Source: an uncultured Actinomycetota bacterium (GTDB taxonomy: Bacteria; Actinomycetota; Actinomycetes; Mycobacteriales; Jatrophihabitantaceae). From it: 32,000 nt of DNA. This document shows, piece after piece, positions 1-8,949 of the stretch. Numbering within the stretch: the first letter of the stretch is position 1; the number at the start of each line of letters is the position of its first letter. The translations under genes and the position numbers were made by a program. The notes under the pieces are model-generated. The model had not been told where the DNA came from, did no database searches, and was given only the letters and a program-made list of their open reading frames with translations. Where the stretch lies: positions 1,542,782-1,574,781 of the forward strand of contig CAVVPY010000001.1 of NCBI GenBank assembly GCA_963750295.1. Reading direction: 5' to 3'.

Positions 1-630
1 GACGGAGTTTTCAGCACCTACCGCACCGACAGCGACGTCAGCAGGCTCGGTCGCGGCGAAGGATCACTCGCCGATCTTGACCCTGACATCGCGGTGGTGC
101 TCGAACTCTGCGCCGAAGTGCAGGCTGAGACCGCCGGCTGCTTCAGTGCCACCGCTGGCGGCGTCTTCGATCCCACTGGGCTGGTCAAGGGATGGGCCAT
201 CGAGCGTGCCAGCGCGTTGCTGCGCGACCGCGGCGCGCTGAACCATGCCGTGAACGGTGGCGGTGATGCCCAGCTCGCCGGATCGGCCGGCCCCGGGCGG
301 CCGTGGACCGTCGGCGTCGTCGACCCGTGCGACGGTTCGCGAGTCCTGACCACGCTGGCCGGCGTCGACTTCGCGATCGCAACGTCCGGGACGGCCGAGC
401 GCGGCGTCCACATCATCGACCCGCACACGGCGCTACCGGCGACCGCACTGGCGAGCGCAACCGTCGTCGGACCCTCGCTCACCTACGCCGACGCGTACGC
501 GACCGCCGCATTCGTCATGGGCACGGGCGCGTCACGCTGGATGGACGGCATCGATCACTACGCCGTGCTGCTCATCGATCCGGCCGGCCACTCGTCGGCC
601 AGCACCGCCTGGCCGGGTGCTCGGCAATGA
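1..630 (+). CDS. apbE: FAD:protein FMN transferase (ApbE family), 5'-partial (runs off window start)
   Basis: Frame 1 is open from base 1 (DGVFSTYRTDSDVSRLGRGE...) and continues into ORF 94..630. It carries ApbE-like segments (FSTYRxDSxxSRL, GLVKGWAIERA, ATSGTAERGVHIIDP, YADAYATAAFVMG). The stop TGA 628-630 overlaps the next gene's ATG (ATGA). Confidence 0.8.
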   Translation, partial: DGVFSTYRTDSDVSRLGRGEGSLADLDPDIAVVLELCAEVQAETAGCFSATAGGVFDPTGLVKGWAIERASALLRDRGALNHAVNGGGDAQLAGSAGPGRPWTVGVVDPCDGSRVLTTLAGVDFAIATSGTAERGVHIIDPHTALPATALASATVVGPSLTYADAYATAAFVMGTGASRWMDGIDHYAVLLIDPAGHSSASTAWPGARQ

Positions 631-1664
631 CGCTGGTGAAGGCAACGACGGGGTCGCGACCACAGCTCGCCGTGCTGGCCGTCCTTGTGGCCGCCGCCGC
701 CGCGATCGTGCCCACGTGGGCGACCACCGACCTGCCGGCGGACACAGCGTCAGCGTTGGCCGGACTCTGGGTGCGGATGGCTGCCCTGACGTGGCTGACG
801 GTGGCATGCCTCGTCGCCACCGCGGTACTGCACTGTGCGGCCGCCGCAACCGCCACCCGCTTGGCCGCCGGGGTGCGGCTGCCGTTCGGGGAAATGGTCG
901 CCGTCCAACTCGCAGCGTCGACCGCGAACCGCCTGACCCCCGCCGGCCTCGGCGGGGCCATCGTCACCGGCCGATACTTCAGCCGACGCGGACGACTGCA
1001 GGTAGTGCAGGCCGTCGCCGCAGTGTCGACGCTGACATTGCTCGGCAGCGTCGCAGACGTGCTCGCGTTCGCCGGCATCATTGGGCTAGGCACGCTTGCC
1101 GGACTGGCCGGCGCCAGCGGTGAGCTACCGCTGCTGGCCAGCAAGCTCGGCGGCGTCCTACCGGTCCCCGCCGGCTGGTGGCTGTGGGGCGCGGCCGGGG
1201 CGGGTGCCCTGGTCGTCGCCGCGGCGGCCACGCCCCGTTGCCGCAACAGCGAGCGGGTGGGTCGCATCGCCGGCGCGATGCGCACCTATCGCACCAGCGT
1301 CGGAGCGCTGGCGCGTCGGCCGCGCCGGCTCCTGGCGCTGTTGGGAGCCTCGGCCGCGACCACGCTGTCGCTGGCCGCCGGCTTCGCTGCGGTGGCCACG
1401 CTCGGTGCCGCCGGGTTGCCGGCGCGAGGCTTCTGCGCCCTGATGATCGGCTACATGATCGCGGCGGCGGCGGGGAACGCACTGCCCACCCCGGGTGGCA
1501 TCGGCACGACCGACGCGGCCCTGGTAGGAGTCCTTGTCGCGGCTCGAATGCCCGCAACGAACGCGATCGCCGTCGTCATCTCGTTCCGGCTGATCACCTT
1601 CTGGGCTCCCGCAGTGATCGGCCTGGGCGCAGCCCGGACGCTCCGGCGACGCGGCGCACTGTGA
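627..1664 (+). CDS. Integral membrane protein, UPF0104 / lysylphosphatidylglycerol-synthase-TM (flippase-like) family
   Basis: ATG at 627 (MTLVKATTGSRPQLAVLAVLVAAAAA...) overlaps the apbE stop. The protein is polytopic and hydrophobic, with a C-terminal NALPTPGGIGTTDAALVGVL segment resembling the PGG.G motif of UPF0104 proteins. The Arg-rich 5' extension to 303 was rejected. Confidence 0.6.
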   Translation: MTLVKATTGSRPQLAVLAVLVAAAAAIVPTWATTDLPADTASALAGLWVRMAALTWLTVACLVATAVLHCAAAATATRLAAGVRLPFGEMVAVQLAASTANRLTPAGLGGAIVTGRYFSRRGRLQVVQAVAAVSTLTLLGSVADVLAFAGIIGLGTLAGLAGASGELPLLASKLGGVLPVPAGWWLWGAAGAGALVVAAAATPRCRNSERVGRIAGAMRTYRTSVGALARRPRRLLALLGASAATTLSLAAGFAAVATLGAAGLPARGFCALMIGYMIAAAAGNALPTPGGIGTTDAALVGVLVAARMPATNAIAVVISFRLITFWAPAVIGLGAARTLRRRGAL

Positions 1665-1749
1665 GCGATCGCCGCCCGCATACCGTTCAACCTCACGACA
1701 GGACCACCCGGTATTCGCGCGGGACGCGACCTATTGCCACGCCCAGCGC

Positions 1750-1784
1750 GGGCCGTCCTTCTCGGCGCAGTTCCGAGACGGCCC
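1750..1784 (+). terminator. Candidate stem-loop downstream of the UPF0104 gene
   Basis: GGGCCGTC(cttc)TCGG-cgcagtt-CCGA GACGGCCC forms an 8+4 bp interrupted stem ~86 nt after the stop at 1664. It lies in a convergent intergenic region and has no clear U-tract. Confidence 0.25.
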
Positions 1785-2090
1785 CTTCGCGCCCGTGGCC
1801 CACGCAGCTCCCGGGAAGACCAACCGCACGAGGAGCGTTTCGCCTTCCGACCGAAAGGACACGCTGATGTCTCGCTCCCGTCTCCGCTTTCCGAGTACCG
1901 GTTCGGCCCTGATGTTGCTGAGCACCGCCCGCTCGGCCGTGGAACCCGCTGACCAACGGACGCCGGCCGCCCCCGCGACGACCACCGCCGTCTGCCGGTC
2001 GGGACGGTCGTCACCCGCGTCAGGGTCGTGACCACGCCGGCGGCGACCACGAGCGATCCGTTCTCACGAAGCCGAACTGCACCGAGCGCC

Positions 2091-4553
2091 TTACCGCGTG
2101 CCGTGCACGCGGACCTCCCAGACGCCGCGACCGTAGGTGCCGGCGCGGACAAGACTTCCGTCCGGTGCGACGTACAGGTCCGACACGTACGCGTGGGGCA
2201 GGCCTGCGCCGAAGGGCTGCCAGCTCGCCCCACCGTCGGTGGTGCGGAAGACGCCGATCCACGTGCCCGCGTAGACGGTGAGACCGGACGGATCGCTGAG
2301 ATCAGGAGTGAGCTTCACGACGGGCAAGTCAGGCAGCCCGGCTCCGGCCGGATTCCAGGTCAGGCCGCCGTCTGACGAGCGCACCACCCGGACCGCTCCC
2401 TCAGCCTGGTTCTCGGAACCGACGTAGATCACCGAGTCGTGTGCCCAGGCGAGCGTGTAGTTGAAGCCGCCGTAGCCGGGCACGTCGAGCAGGTGCGAGG
2501 TCGACCACGAGGCACCGCCGTCGTGCGTGATGTGGACCAGGCCGCCGTAGTCGCCGACGGCCACACCGTCGATGCTCCGCGGGTCGACCGCGAGATTCAT
2601 CGGCGAGGATCTGGTCACCGGCGGCCCTGATGGGTCAGCGCTGAGGATCGGTGTCCAGGTGATCCCAGCGTCGGTCGTCCGCAGCACCTCGTGCTGGGTG
2701 TAGGTGTAGAACACGCGGCTGTGCGGATCTGCCGCAGCGCTGGCCGCGACGAGCGGCGTGTAGAACCAGGCGTCGTCGTCAAAGTCGCGGGTGAGGTCCC
2801 ATCTGCTCAGCTGGTTCGGGTTCGCGTACGTCGAGCGGAAGATGCCGCCGTCCTCGAACGTGCCCAGGTTGGTGTGGGCGTTCGCCTGCCCGATGGCCGG
2901 CACCATGCCGTCCCCGCCGAGAAGCTCGTTGAACGCGGTGCTGTTTCCCTTGCGCAGCAGCGTGCCGGTGTCCTGAGTGCCGACAAGGATCTTCTGCGGA
3001 TCCGCTGGGCTCGACGCGAGACCGTAGATCGCCGCAGTGGTGATCCCGTCATTGCGATCGAAGTTCCAGCTCGCGCCTCCGTCGGTCGACGTGGCGAGCC
3101 CGCCGTCGTTGCCGACCACGAGCATCGGCTTCGTCCCGGGAACGTAGGTCGCCGTGTGCTCGTCCGCGTGCAGGTACGGCAAGCCGTAGGCAGCGAGCCA
3201 CTGGGTCATCAACCGCCAGCTCGACCCGCCGTCGGTCGTCTTCGCGGTGTAGAGGTCACCACCGATGAACACGGTGTTGCGCGTCGGATCGGTGGGATCG
3301 ACCCAGATCAGCTGGTCGTACCAGGCTTGATAGCTGGCGACCACGACCGTCGGCTCCTCGGGCGTCGGATTCAGCGGAGCAGTGCTCGTCGTGTTCAGCG
3401 CGGTCCAGGTCCACCCGCCGTCGGTGGAGCGGAACACGTCACGCTGGTAGAACTCGTCGGGGTACGCCCAGCCCTGGAAGGCGTAGACGACGCTGTCGCC
3501 CGGCACACCGACCGCGAGCGTTGCCCGTCCGCCGGCCGAGAATCCGACGCCGTCGTGGTCGTCGACAGCCCAGGTGGCACCGTGATCACTCGAGAGGGCA
3601 ACGAACCCGTTGCCGGAGTCGAGCACACCGCCGGTCCCGGCGGAGACAACCCAGCCGGCGCTGGTCCGCGCGATGCTCCACACCGTCGTGCCGAAGAAGA
3701 TCCGGTCGTCGACGGCCGTGGAACCGCCGCCGGTCGACCCGCGTTGGATCGCCCAATACGTCCTTCCGCCATCGGTGGAGCGGAAGAGCCCGTTGTCCGT
3801 CGCGATCATGACGATGTCCTTGCGGGCGGTGGTGTCGACGGCGATGTCGGTGACCATCGTTGCGGCGGGCAACGGGATCGGTCTCGACCAGGTGGCACCG
3901 CCGTCGGTCGACTTGACCATCAACCCGCCCAGCGACGGCCGGTTGTCGAACGGGTCACCGAGACCGAGATAGAGCGTGTCGGGCGACGAGCCGAACGCGA
4001 TCGAGCCCGACGAGACACTGATGAGCCGGTCGGTCAGCGGCGACCAGGACGGATGCGTGGCGTGGAAGTTCGTCGACTTCCACAGCCCACCCGCGCCGTA
4101 CAACACGTACACGACGTTCGAGTCGCGCGGATCGACCAGAATCTTGCGGACGCGACCGTTCTCGTCCGCGTTGAGCTGGATCGGCCCGTCGTAGCCGTCG
4201 ACCCGCTCGTGCAGGACGGTGGTCGGACCGAGCTGTTGCCAGACCGGCGTGCCGACGCGCGGCGTGCCACCCGGAGCCTGGGCGGGGTATCGCGCATCCA
4301 GCCGAGCCGCCTGCGCGGCGACGCGCGCCGTGAGATCGGGTGGCGAGGGGACCTCCTGTGCGGCGCGTGCGGCCCTCAGCCGCGCGAGGGGTCTCGGGCC
4401 GGTTGCACGCGAAGCGGTCCTCGACGGCATGTGCGGCCGCGAGCCCGCGGCCGGGGCCGTCGCGCGAGCGGTCCCACCCGCATATCCAGCCAGAACAGCC
4501 AACAGCGACGCGGCGACGGACCAGCGTCCTGCGCGCCAGGTAGATGTGGCCAT
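2091..4553 (-). CDS. Secreted BNR/Asp-box repeat protein (sialidase / GH74 / sortilin-VPS10-like beta-propeller architecture)
   Basis: 820-aa ORF with an ATG start at 4553 and an N-terminal signal-like segment (MATSTWRAGRWSVAASLLAVLAGYAGG). About 10 Asp-box motifs S/T-x-D-x-G-x-T/S-W/Y are present (STDGGATW, STDGGRTY, SSDHGATW, STDGGWTW, TTDGGSSW, STDGGASW, TTDAGITW, THDGGASW, SSDGGLTW, TTDGGASW). Confidence 0.8.
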   Translation of the reverse strand: MATSTWRAGRWSVAASLLAVLAGYAGGTARATAPAAGSRPHMPSRTASRATGPRPLARLRAARAAQEVPSPPDLTARVAAQAARLDARYPAQAPGGTPRVGTPVWQQLGPTTVLHERVDGYDGPIQLNADENGRVRKILVDPRDSNVVYVLYGAGGLWKSTNFHATHPSWSPLTDRLISVSSGSIAFGSSPDTLYLGLGDPFDNRPSLGGLMVKSTDGGATWSRPIPLPAATMVTDIAVDTTARKDIVMIATDNGLFRSTDGGRTYWAIQRGSTGGGSTAVDDRIFFGTTVWSIARTSAGWVVSAGTGGVLDSGNGFVALSSDHGATWAVDDHDGVGFSAGGRATLAVGVPGDSVVYAFQGWAYPDEFYQRDVFRSTDGGWTWTALNTTSTAPLNPTPEEPTVVVASYQAWYDQLIWVDPTDPTRNTVFIGGDLYTAKTTDGGSSWRLMTQWLAAYGLPYLHADEHTATYVPGTKPMLVVGNDGGLATSTDGGASWNFDRNDGITTAAIYGLASSPADPQKILVGTQDTGTLLRKGNSTAFNELLGGDGMVPAIGQANAHTNLGTFEDGGIFRSTYANPNQLSRWDLTRDFDDDAWFYTPLVAASAAADPHSRVFYTYTQHEVLRTTDAGITWTPILSADPSGPPVTRSSPMNLAVDPRSIDGVAVGDYGGLVHITHDGGASWSTSHLLDVPGYGGFNYTLAWAHDSVIYVGSENQAEGAVRVVRSSDGGLTWNPAGAGLPDLPVVKLTPDLSDPSGLTVYAGTWIGVFRTTDGGASWQPFGAGLPHAYVSDLYVAPDGSLVRAGTYGRGVWEVRVHGTR

Positions 4554-4636
4554 GGTGGCGAGTTATAGGGCATAACCCGTCGCGCCGCATCAGGCAAAGT
4601 AGACGAACTTTCGGCCTAAACCATCGACTCGTCCGG

Positions 4637-5261
4637 TCAGGTGTGCGATCGCAGCGCGTCCGCGAGCGCGTCGACGGCGGCGGCCGTCAGCCGCTCCAGT
4701 TCAAGACGGAGCGGCGTGGGCCAGGTGGAGTCGCAATACCTACCAGGCGCACCCCGCGGCTGCCTCATTGGTTTCTCCCGGACGACGCGTGGGCCCGCGG
4801 AGATGCACGCCGTGGATGTGATCATCGGTTGCCGTACTCAAAGCCGGCTTTCGCGGTGCGGGGGCCGCCGTCGTCTATCGCGCCTTCGGTGACCTCTGCC
4901 TGGCCTTCGCCGGCACCGAGGCGACCTTCCTGTCGATGGACCCGGAGATACAGAATGCCGACCGGGAGGCCCGGACCGGGGCGTACCTCATGGCCTCACG
5001 CGCCGAGCACCCGAACATCTGGAAGCTGCGCTCGGCATTGCCGAAGGTCCAAGACGACGAGATCTTCGACGCCATGCTTGCCCCCGGTGATGGACGGACT
5101 GATGCTGCGCACGCCCAAGCCATGCGAGTGCGCGAAGCACCGGTGGCGGTGAACCCGCGGACACTGCCGTCGGCTTCGACGAGTTCGAACCGGCCGATGT
5201 GCTCGACGAGCCATAGACGCGCTGACGCCACGAGCTTGTGCACGATGTTGCCGAAGATCAA
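4637..5261 (-). pseudogene. Region of ambiguous coding potential; probable decayed gene remnant(s)
   Basis: No single convincing ORF. Protein-like stretches switch frame and strand. Minus strand: MIFGNIVHKLVASARLWLVEHIGRFELVEADGSVRGF, then CFAHSHGLGVRSISPSITGGKHGVEDLVVLDL in another frame, and a separate tail ...LELERLTAAAVDALADALRSHT* at 4637. Plus strand: DLCLAFAGTEATFLSMDPEIQNADRE. The periodic high GC falls at positions divisible by 3. Confidence 0.25.
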
Positions 5262-5296
5262 GGATGTTCAGCGCGAACACCATCTCGGAGGTCCCT

Positions 5297-5860
5297 GTGC
5301 GCAAGGTTGTTCTGTACACGCTGATGTCGCTCGACGGGGCCGTTGAGGAACCCGACCAGTACTTCATGCAGAGTCACGCCGTGGGTCAGCCGCCCGTATT
5401 CGACGCGGTCATGGATGACAACGAACTGCACATCATCTCGGCGCAAGATGCAGTGATTCTCGGCCGCAACATGTACGAGGAATGGTCGCGGTTCTGGCCC
5501 ACCGTCGATGACCAGCCGTTCGCTGATTTCATCAACCGGGTGAAGAAGTACGTCATCACCTCCAGGCCATTGTCGAACGAGTGGCACAACAGCGAGGCGG
5601 TCGTCCGGCCGGTGGCAGAACTGCTTGGCGACCTCAAGGCCCAACCGGGCGGCGACATCGGCATTCACGGCAGCATTGAGTTGGCACAGTCGCTGTTGGC
5701 GGCTGGACTGGTCGACGAGTTGCAACTGGTCGTGGGTCCGGCCTTTGGACTCCCCGGCCGTCGACTGTTCGCGACATTCGACGCTGTCCATCGCCTCGAA
5801 CTGGTGAGCGCCCGACCGACCCCCAGCGGGAGCGTGCTGCTCGCCTACCGAACTGGCTGA
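5297..5860 (+). CDS. Dihydrofolate reductase family protein (RibD C-terminal domain type)
   Basis: VRKVVLYTLMSLDGAVEEPDQYF...ILGRNMYEEWSRFWP...KYVITSRPL...GGDIGIHGSIELAQSLLAAGLVDELQLVVGP is the typical RibD_C/YwjB pattern. GTG at 5297 is preceded by GGAG (5287-5290); ATG at 5264 is the alternative start. Confidence 0.8.
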   Translation: MRKVVLYTLMSLDGAVEEPDQYFMQSHAVGQPPVFDAVMDDNELHIISAQDAVILGRNMYEEWSRFWPTVDDQPFADFINRVKKYVITSRPLSNEWHNSEAVVRPVAELLGDLKAQPGGDIGIHGSIELAQSLLAAGLVDELQLVVGPAFGLPGRRLFATFDAVHRLELVSARPTPSGSVLLAYRTG

Positions 5861-6103
5861 GGCGCCGCATCGAGCGGCCCGGATCTGACAGCACCCGTGG
5901 CCGCCGAGACGCAGGCGCCGAGCCGGCCGGCCGGTCTGCCCTACAGGTTGAGCGAGCCAGCGACCAGATCGCTGGATATGTTGACCAACAACACGTTGTG
6001 GCCGAACGCTCGTGCCGGCCATGCGTCCACCCGTCCGCACGTACGACCACCACGGACGCGGCCCGAGCAGTGCTCGGCAGTGCGTCGCAGAAGGGCAGAA
6101 TTG

Positions 6104-7684
6104 ATGGCAAGCACGATCCGGCCGCGTCGTATTTCCCGAGCCGCGACAACCTTGGCCGTCCTGATCCTGCTGCCCGGGCTGCTGGCCACCGGCCCGTCCC
6201 CGGCCGCCGCGGTAACGGCGATCCCGGCGATACCGATCCCCAGCAGCCCCGGTGACTTCTTGCTCAAGCCGTTCACCGGTCATCCGGCGACCGCACACCC
6301 GCTGCCCGCGCAGCCCATTCCGCGCGCGCCGTTCATGGCGCGCAACCAGAACAGCAGCATCCACAACGACGCTTACCAGAGCGACGTCTACGCGCGCTCC
6401 GGTCCGCTCGGCAACCGGCTCACGGTCACCAGCACGCTCTACGCGGCCGAGTGCGCCTCGGTCACCTTCGACACCCAGGGCCGCATCGTCACCGTCTGCC
6501 CGTCGGTGCTGGGCGCGACGCTGCGACTGCTGGACCCCACCACGCTGGCCCAGCTCGCGTCCTACCGGCTGCCGCCGCGCAAGCCGGGCACGTTCAGCTT
6601 CACCAACTTCTCCGGCGGCGGATACTTCTACCTCGACAACGCCGACCGCGCCGTGGTCTCCACGTTCACCGGCCACCTACTGGTGATCGCGGTCGGCGCA
6701 GCGTCCTTCACCCTGGTGCACGACTACGACGTCAGTGCCGCCACCGGCGGGTCGGGCATCGTGTCGGCGCTGCCGGACTGGTCGGGCCGCATCTGGTTCG
6801 TGACCACCTCAGGGGTGGTCGGCTTCGTCGACCCGCACACCGGGGCGGTGCGCAGCCGGCACCTGCCCGCCGGGGAACAGATCGCCAACAGCTTCGCCGT
6901 CGACGAGTCCGGCGGTGTCTTCGTCGTCTCGACCGCGGCGCTCTACCGGTTCGACACCCACGGTGGGCGGGCCGTTGTGACGTGGCGCCAGACCTACAAC
7001 CGCGGTACCCGGGTGAAGCCGGGGCAGGTCAGCCAGGGCAGCGGCACCACACCAACACTGATCGGCTCCGCGTCGGCCCCCGGCGGCGGGTCGATCGCGA
7101 TCACCGACAACGCCGACCCGCGGATGCATGTGCTCGTCTTCCGCCGCGGCAAGGCGGGGCCGGGACGTGCACTGTGCAACCAGCCGGTGTTCCCCGCCGG
7201 TCAGGGCGACGACGAGAACAGTCTCATCGCCGTGCCGGGCGGGCTGATCGCCGAGAACAACTACGGCTACACCGGGCCCATCCAGTTGAAAAGCACGCGC
7301 GGCCCGGACACGGTGCCCGGCGTGGTGAAGGTCGCTGTCGACTACGTCCATGGCGGCTGCCACATCGCCTGGTCGAACACGACCGCGCGGCTCTCCACGG
7401 TGGTCAGCAAGGTCAGCCTCGCCAACGGCCTGCTCTACGGCTACACCCACCCGGCTGCGGACGAACTGCCCTACGCCACCGCCCTACACCCGCCGGCAGC
7501 GCTGGCCCTGGACGCGTGGTTCCTCACTGCGTTCGACGAGCGCACCGGACGCCAGGTCTGGTCAAAGCTAGCCGGCAGCGGGCTGGGCTACAACAACAAC
7601 TACGCACCGGTGAGCATCGGACCGGACGGCACTGCCTACATCGGCACGCTGGGCGGCCTCGTCCGGATTGCCGACAGCACCTGA
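6104..7684 (+). CDS. Secreted protein of unknown function, probable beta-propeller (PQQ-like repeat at the C-terminus)
   Basis: ATG at 6104 gives MASTIRPRRISRAATTLAVLILLPGLLATGPSPAAA, a twin-Arg-containing signal-like N-terminus. GC3 is high throughout, and the C-terminal GRQVWSKLAGSG...GPDGTAYIGTLGGLVRI is propeller-blade-like. The 5' extension to 5897 was rejected as Arg/Pro-rich. Confidence 0.75.
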   Translation: MASTIRPRRISRAATTLAVLILLPGLLATGPSPAAAVTAIPAIPIPSSPGDFLLKPFTGHPATAHPLPAQPIPRAPFMARNQNSSIHNDAYQSDVYARSGPLGNRLTVTSTLYAAECASVTFDTQGRIVTVCPSVLGATLRLLDPTTLAQLASYRLPPRKPGTFSFTNFSGGGYFYLDNADRAVVSTFTGHLLVIAVGAASFTLVHDYDVSAATGGSGIVSALPDWSGRIWFVTTSGVVGFVDPHTGAVRSRHLPAGEQIANSFAVDESGGVFVVSTAALYRFDTHGGRAVVTWRQTYNRGTRVKPGQVSQGSGTTPTLIGSASAPGGGSIAITDNADPRMHVLVFRRGKAGPGRALCNQPVFPAGQGDDENSLIAVPGGLIAENNYGYTGPIQLKSTRGPDTVPGVVKVAVDYVHGGCHIAWSNTTARLSTVVSKVSLANGLLYGYTHPAADELPYATALHPPAALALDAWFLTAFDERTGRQVWSKLAGSGLGYNNNYAPVSIGPDGTAYIGTLGGLVRIADST

Positions 7685-8370
7685 CCGTGCTGCGTCACGC
7701 GTGCGAGGAGTTGCGCGGTGTCGGCTACGAGGTGACGGAGCGGTCGTTCGGGCGGTTTACGCGCAGCGTGGCTCATGCCGATGACGATGCGCGTTCCTGT
7801 GCACTGCGCAACGCCGCTCTGAGCCCGTCCAACCGAGAGCCGCCCGCCGTTTCGTCCAGCACGGCGCGTCTTGCCCAAGCCTCCCGCGCCGATCAGGTTG
7901 ACCAGTCGATGCGCGCACAGCAGGCGTGACACCTTGTCGAGGTCATTCGCGCGGCCGACCAGTGTTGTGTGGGCGGGCTGCACGTTCGTGCGCCGCACCG
8001 GGCTGGCACGCGGTGCCTCACGCGGTCCGGCCACGCGCCAGAGCCGGACCGGTTCCAGGACGTCGCGCAACTCGTACAGTCCGAAGTCCTCGGCGTGACC
8101 CGGCGATCCGACAGCGGCCAACGTGTCGCCGCTGACGAACACCTGACCCGCACCGGCCGCCGACGCCACCCGCGCCGCGATGTGCACCGGAACGGCCAGA
8201 TAGTCCCCTTGCAGCGGGCGAGCCGGCCCGGTGTGCAGACCCGCGCGGATGGTGATTGGAGGCGCGCCGTCGATCGTCTGCACCCCGCACTGTGCCTGCA
8301 CCGCTGCTCGAACAGCCGAAGCCGCAGTTCCGAATGCGGCGAACGTGCTGTCCCCCTCGGTGTCGACCAC
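7636..8370 (-). pseudogene. Remnant of a class III adenylate/guanylate cyclase - P-loop NTPase (large LuxR/AfsR-type regulator N-terminus), 5'- and 3'-truncated
   Basis: (GGF)VVDTEGDSTFAAF...IRAGLHTGPA...VPVHIAARVASAAGAGQVFVS...LYELRDVLEPVRLWRV matches the C-terminal two-thirds of a cyclase homology domain. It is followed by LVGRANDLDKVSRLL...LIGAGGLGKTR (Walker A). The first ~45 aa, including the FTDIxGS metal-binding Asp, are missing, with an in-frame TGA ~30 nt upstream. The sequence after the P-loop is not NTPase-like, and the tail overlaps the 3' end of the 6104..7684 gene. Confidence 0.45.
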
Positions 8371-8474
8371 GAACCCGCCTGCGTCTTGCCGCCGTCACCG
8401 AGCCATTCTCTCGGAGTCCGAGCGAACCGGCCTTTCCGTCCCCGGAGCTCTGTAAGCACAGCACCGTCGGGCGA

Positions 8475-8945
8475 TCAGCCGACTTCGGCGAGTCGCTGTC
8501 GGTTGGTCGCGCGGCGGACGGCGCCGGCTGGTCGGCGGGTACCTGGTTTGTAGACCGAGAGGACCACGGACAGCAGTGCCTTCGCGAGCGCGGTCGTGGC
8601 GATCAGACCGACCGTCCACACCTGCACGGTGCCGAGGATCCGGCAGGCCAGATAGAGCCCGACGACGCTCGCCGTCGTCAGCAGGTTCAGCGCGAACTTC
8701 TTGACCACCCAGCCCGTTCTGAGCAGCTGCCACGGTGAGGCAAGCGCGCACAGGACGCCCGCCACGAACGCCGCGCACACGGCGACCGCCAGCACGCCGA
8801 GCAACCGAACGACCATGGGCGCTTGGTCCACCGGAATCGTCAGGCCGGCGGACGTGATCACTGCGAGCAACGCGACCTCGAGCCCGATGCCGGCGGTCGA
8901 GGTGGCCACATGCACGGCGAGCAGGGCGCGGCGCAGGCCGGTCAC
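8475..8945 (-). CDS. Hypothetical integral membrane protein (about 4 TM helices), last gene of the PKS operon
   Basis: 156-aa ORF with a GTG start at 8945, 4 nt after the upstream stop. It has four long hydrophobic segments (ALLAVHVATSTAGIGLEVALLAVI, VVRLLGVLAVAVCAAFVAGVLCALA, FALNLLTTASVVGLYLACRIL, VWTVGLIATTALAKALLSVVLSV). Confidence 0.6.
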   Translation of the reverse strand: MTGLRRALLAVHVATSTAGIGLEVALLAVITSAGLTIPVDQAPMVVRLLGVLAVAVCAAFVAGVLCALASPWQLLRTGWVVKKFALNLLTTASVVGLYLACRILGTVQVWTVGLIATTALAKALLSVVLSVYKPGTRRPAGAVRRATNRQRLAEVG

Positions 8946-8949
8946 GACG

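Noticed and set aside
303-626. 5' extension of the UPF0104 membrane-protein ORF (453 aa); the extensions 5897-6103, 24044-24526, 27907..28713, 28335..29615 and 30735..31952 were rejected on the same grounds
   Set aside because: The extensions are Arg/His/Pro-rich and overlap the well-supported upstream genes. The internal starts have RBS-like sequences or stop-start overlaps.
1451-2233. 260-aa minus-strand ORF and several small ORFs in the 1665-2090 convergent spacer
   Set aside because: They have no periodic codon signal or motifs that I could see. The spacer is treated as non-coding. I also looked for a structured RNA (riboswitch/SRP/6S-like) here and could not support one by eye.
2691-4568. 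625-aa plus-strand ORF
   Set aside because: It is entirely antisense to the BNR/Asp-box gene and is Arg/Gly/Pro/Val-rich with no motifs. This is the typical high-GC shadow ORF, whereas the minus-strand product has a signal peptide and ~10 Asp-boxes.
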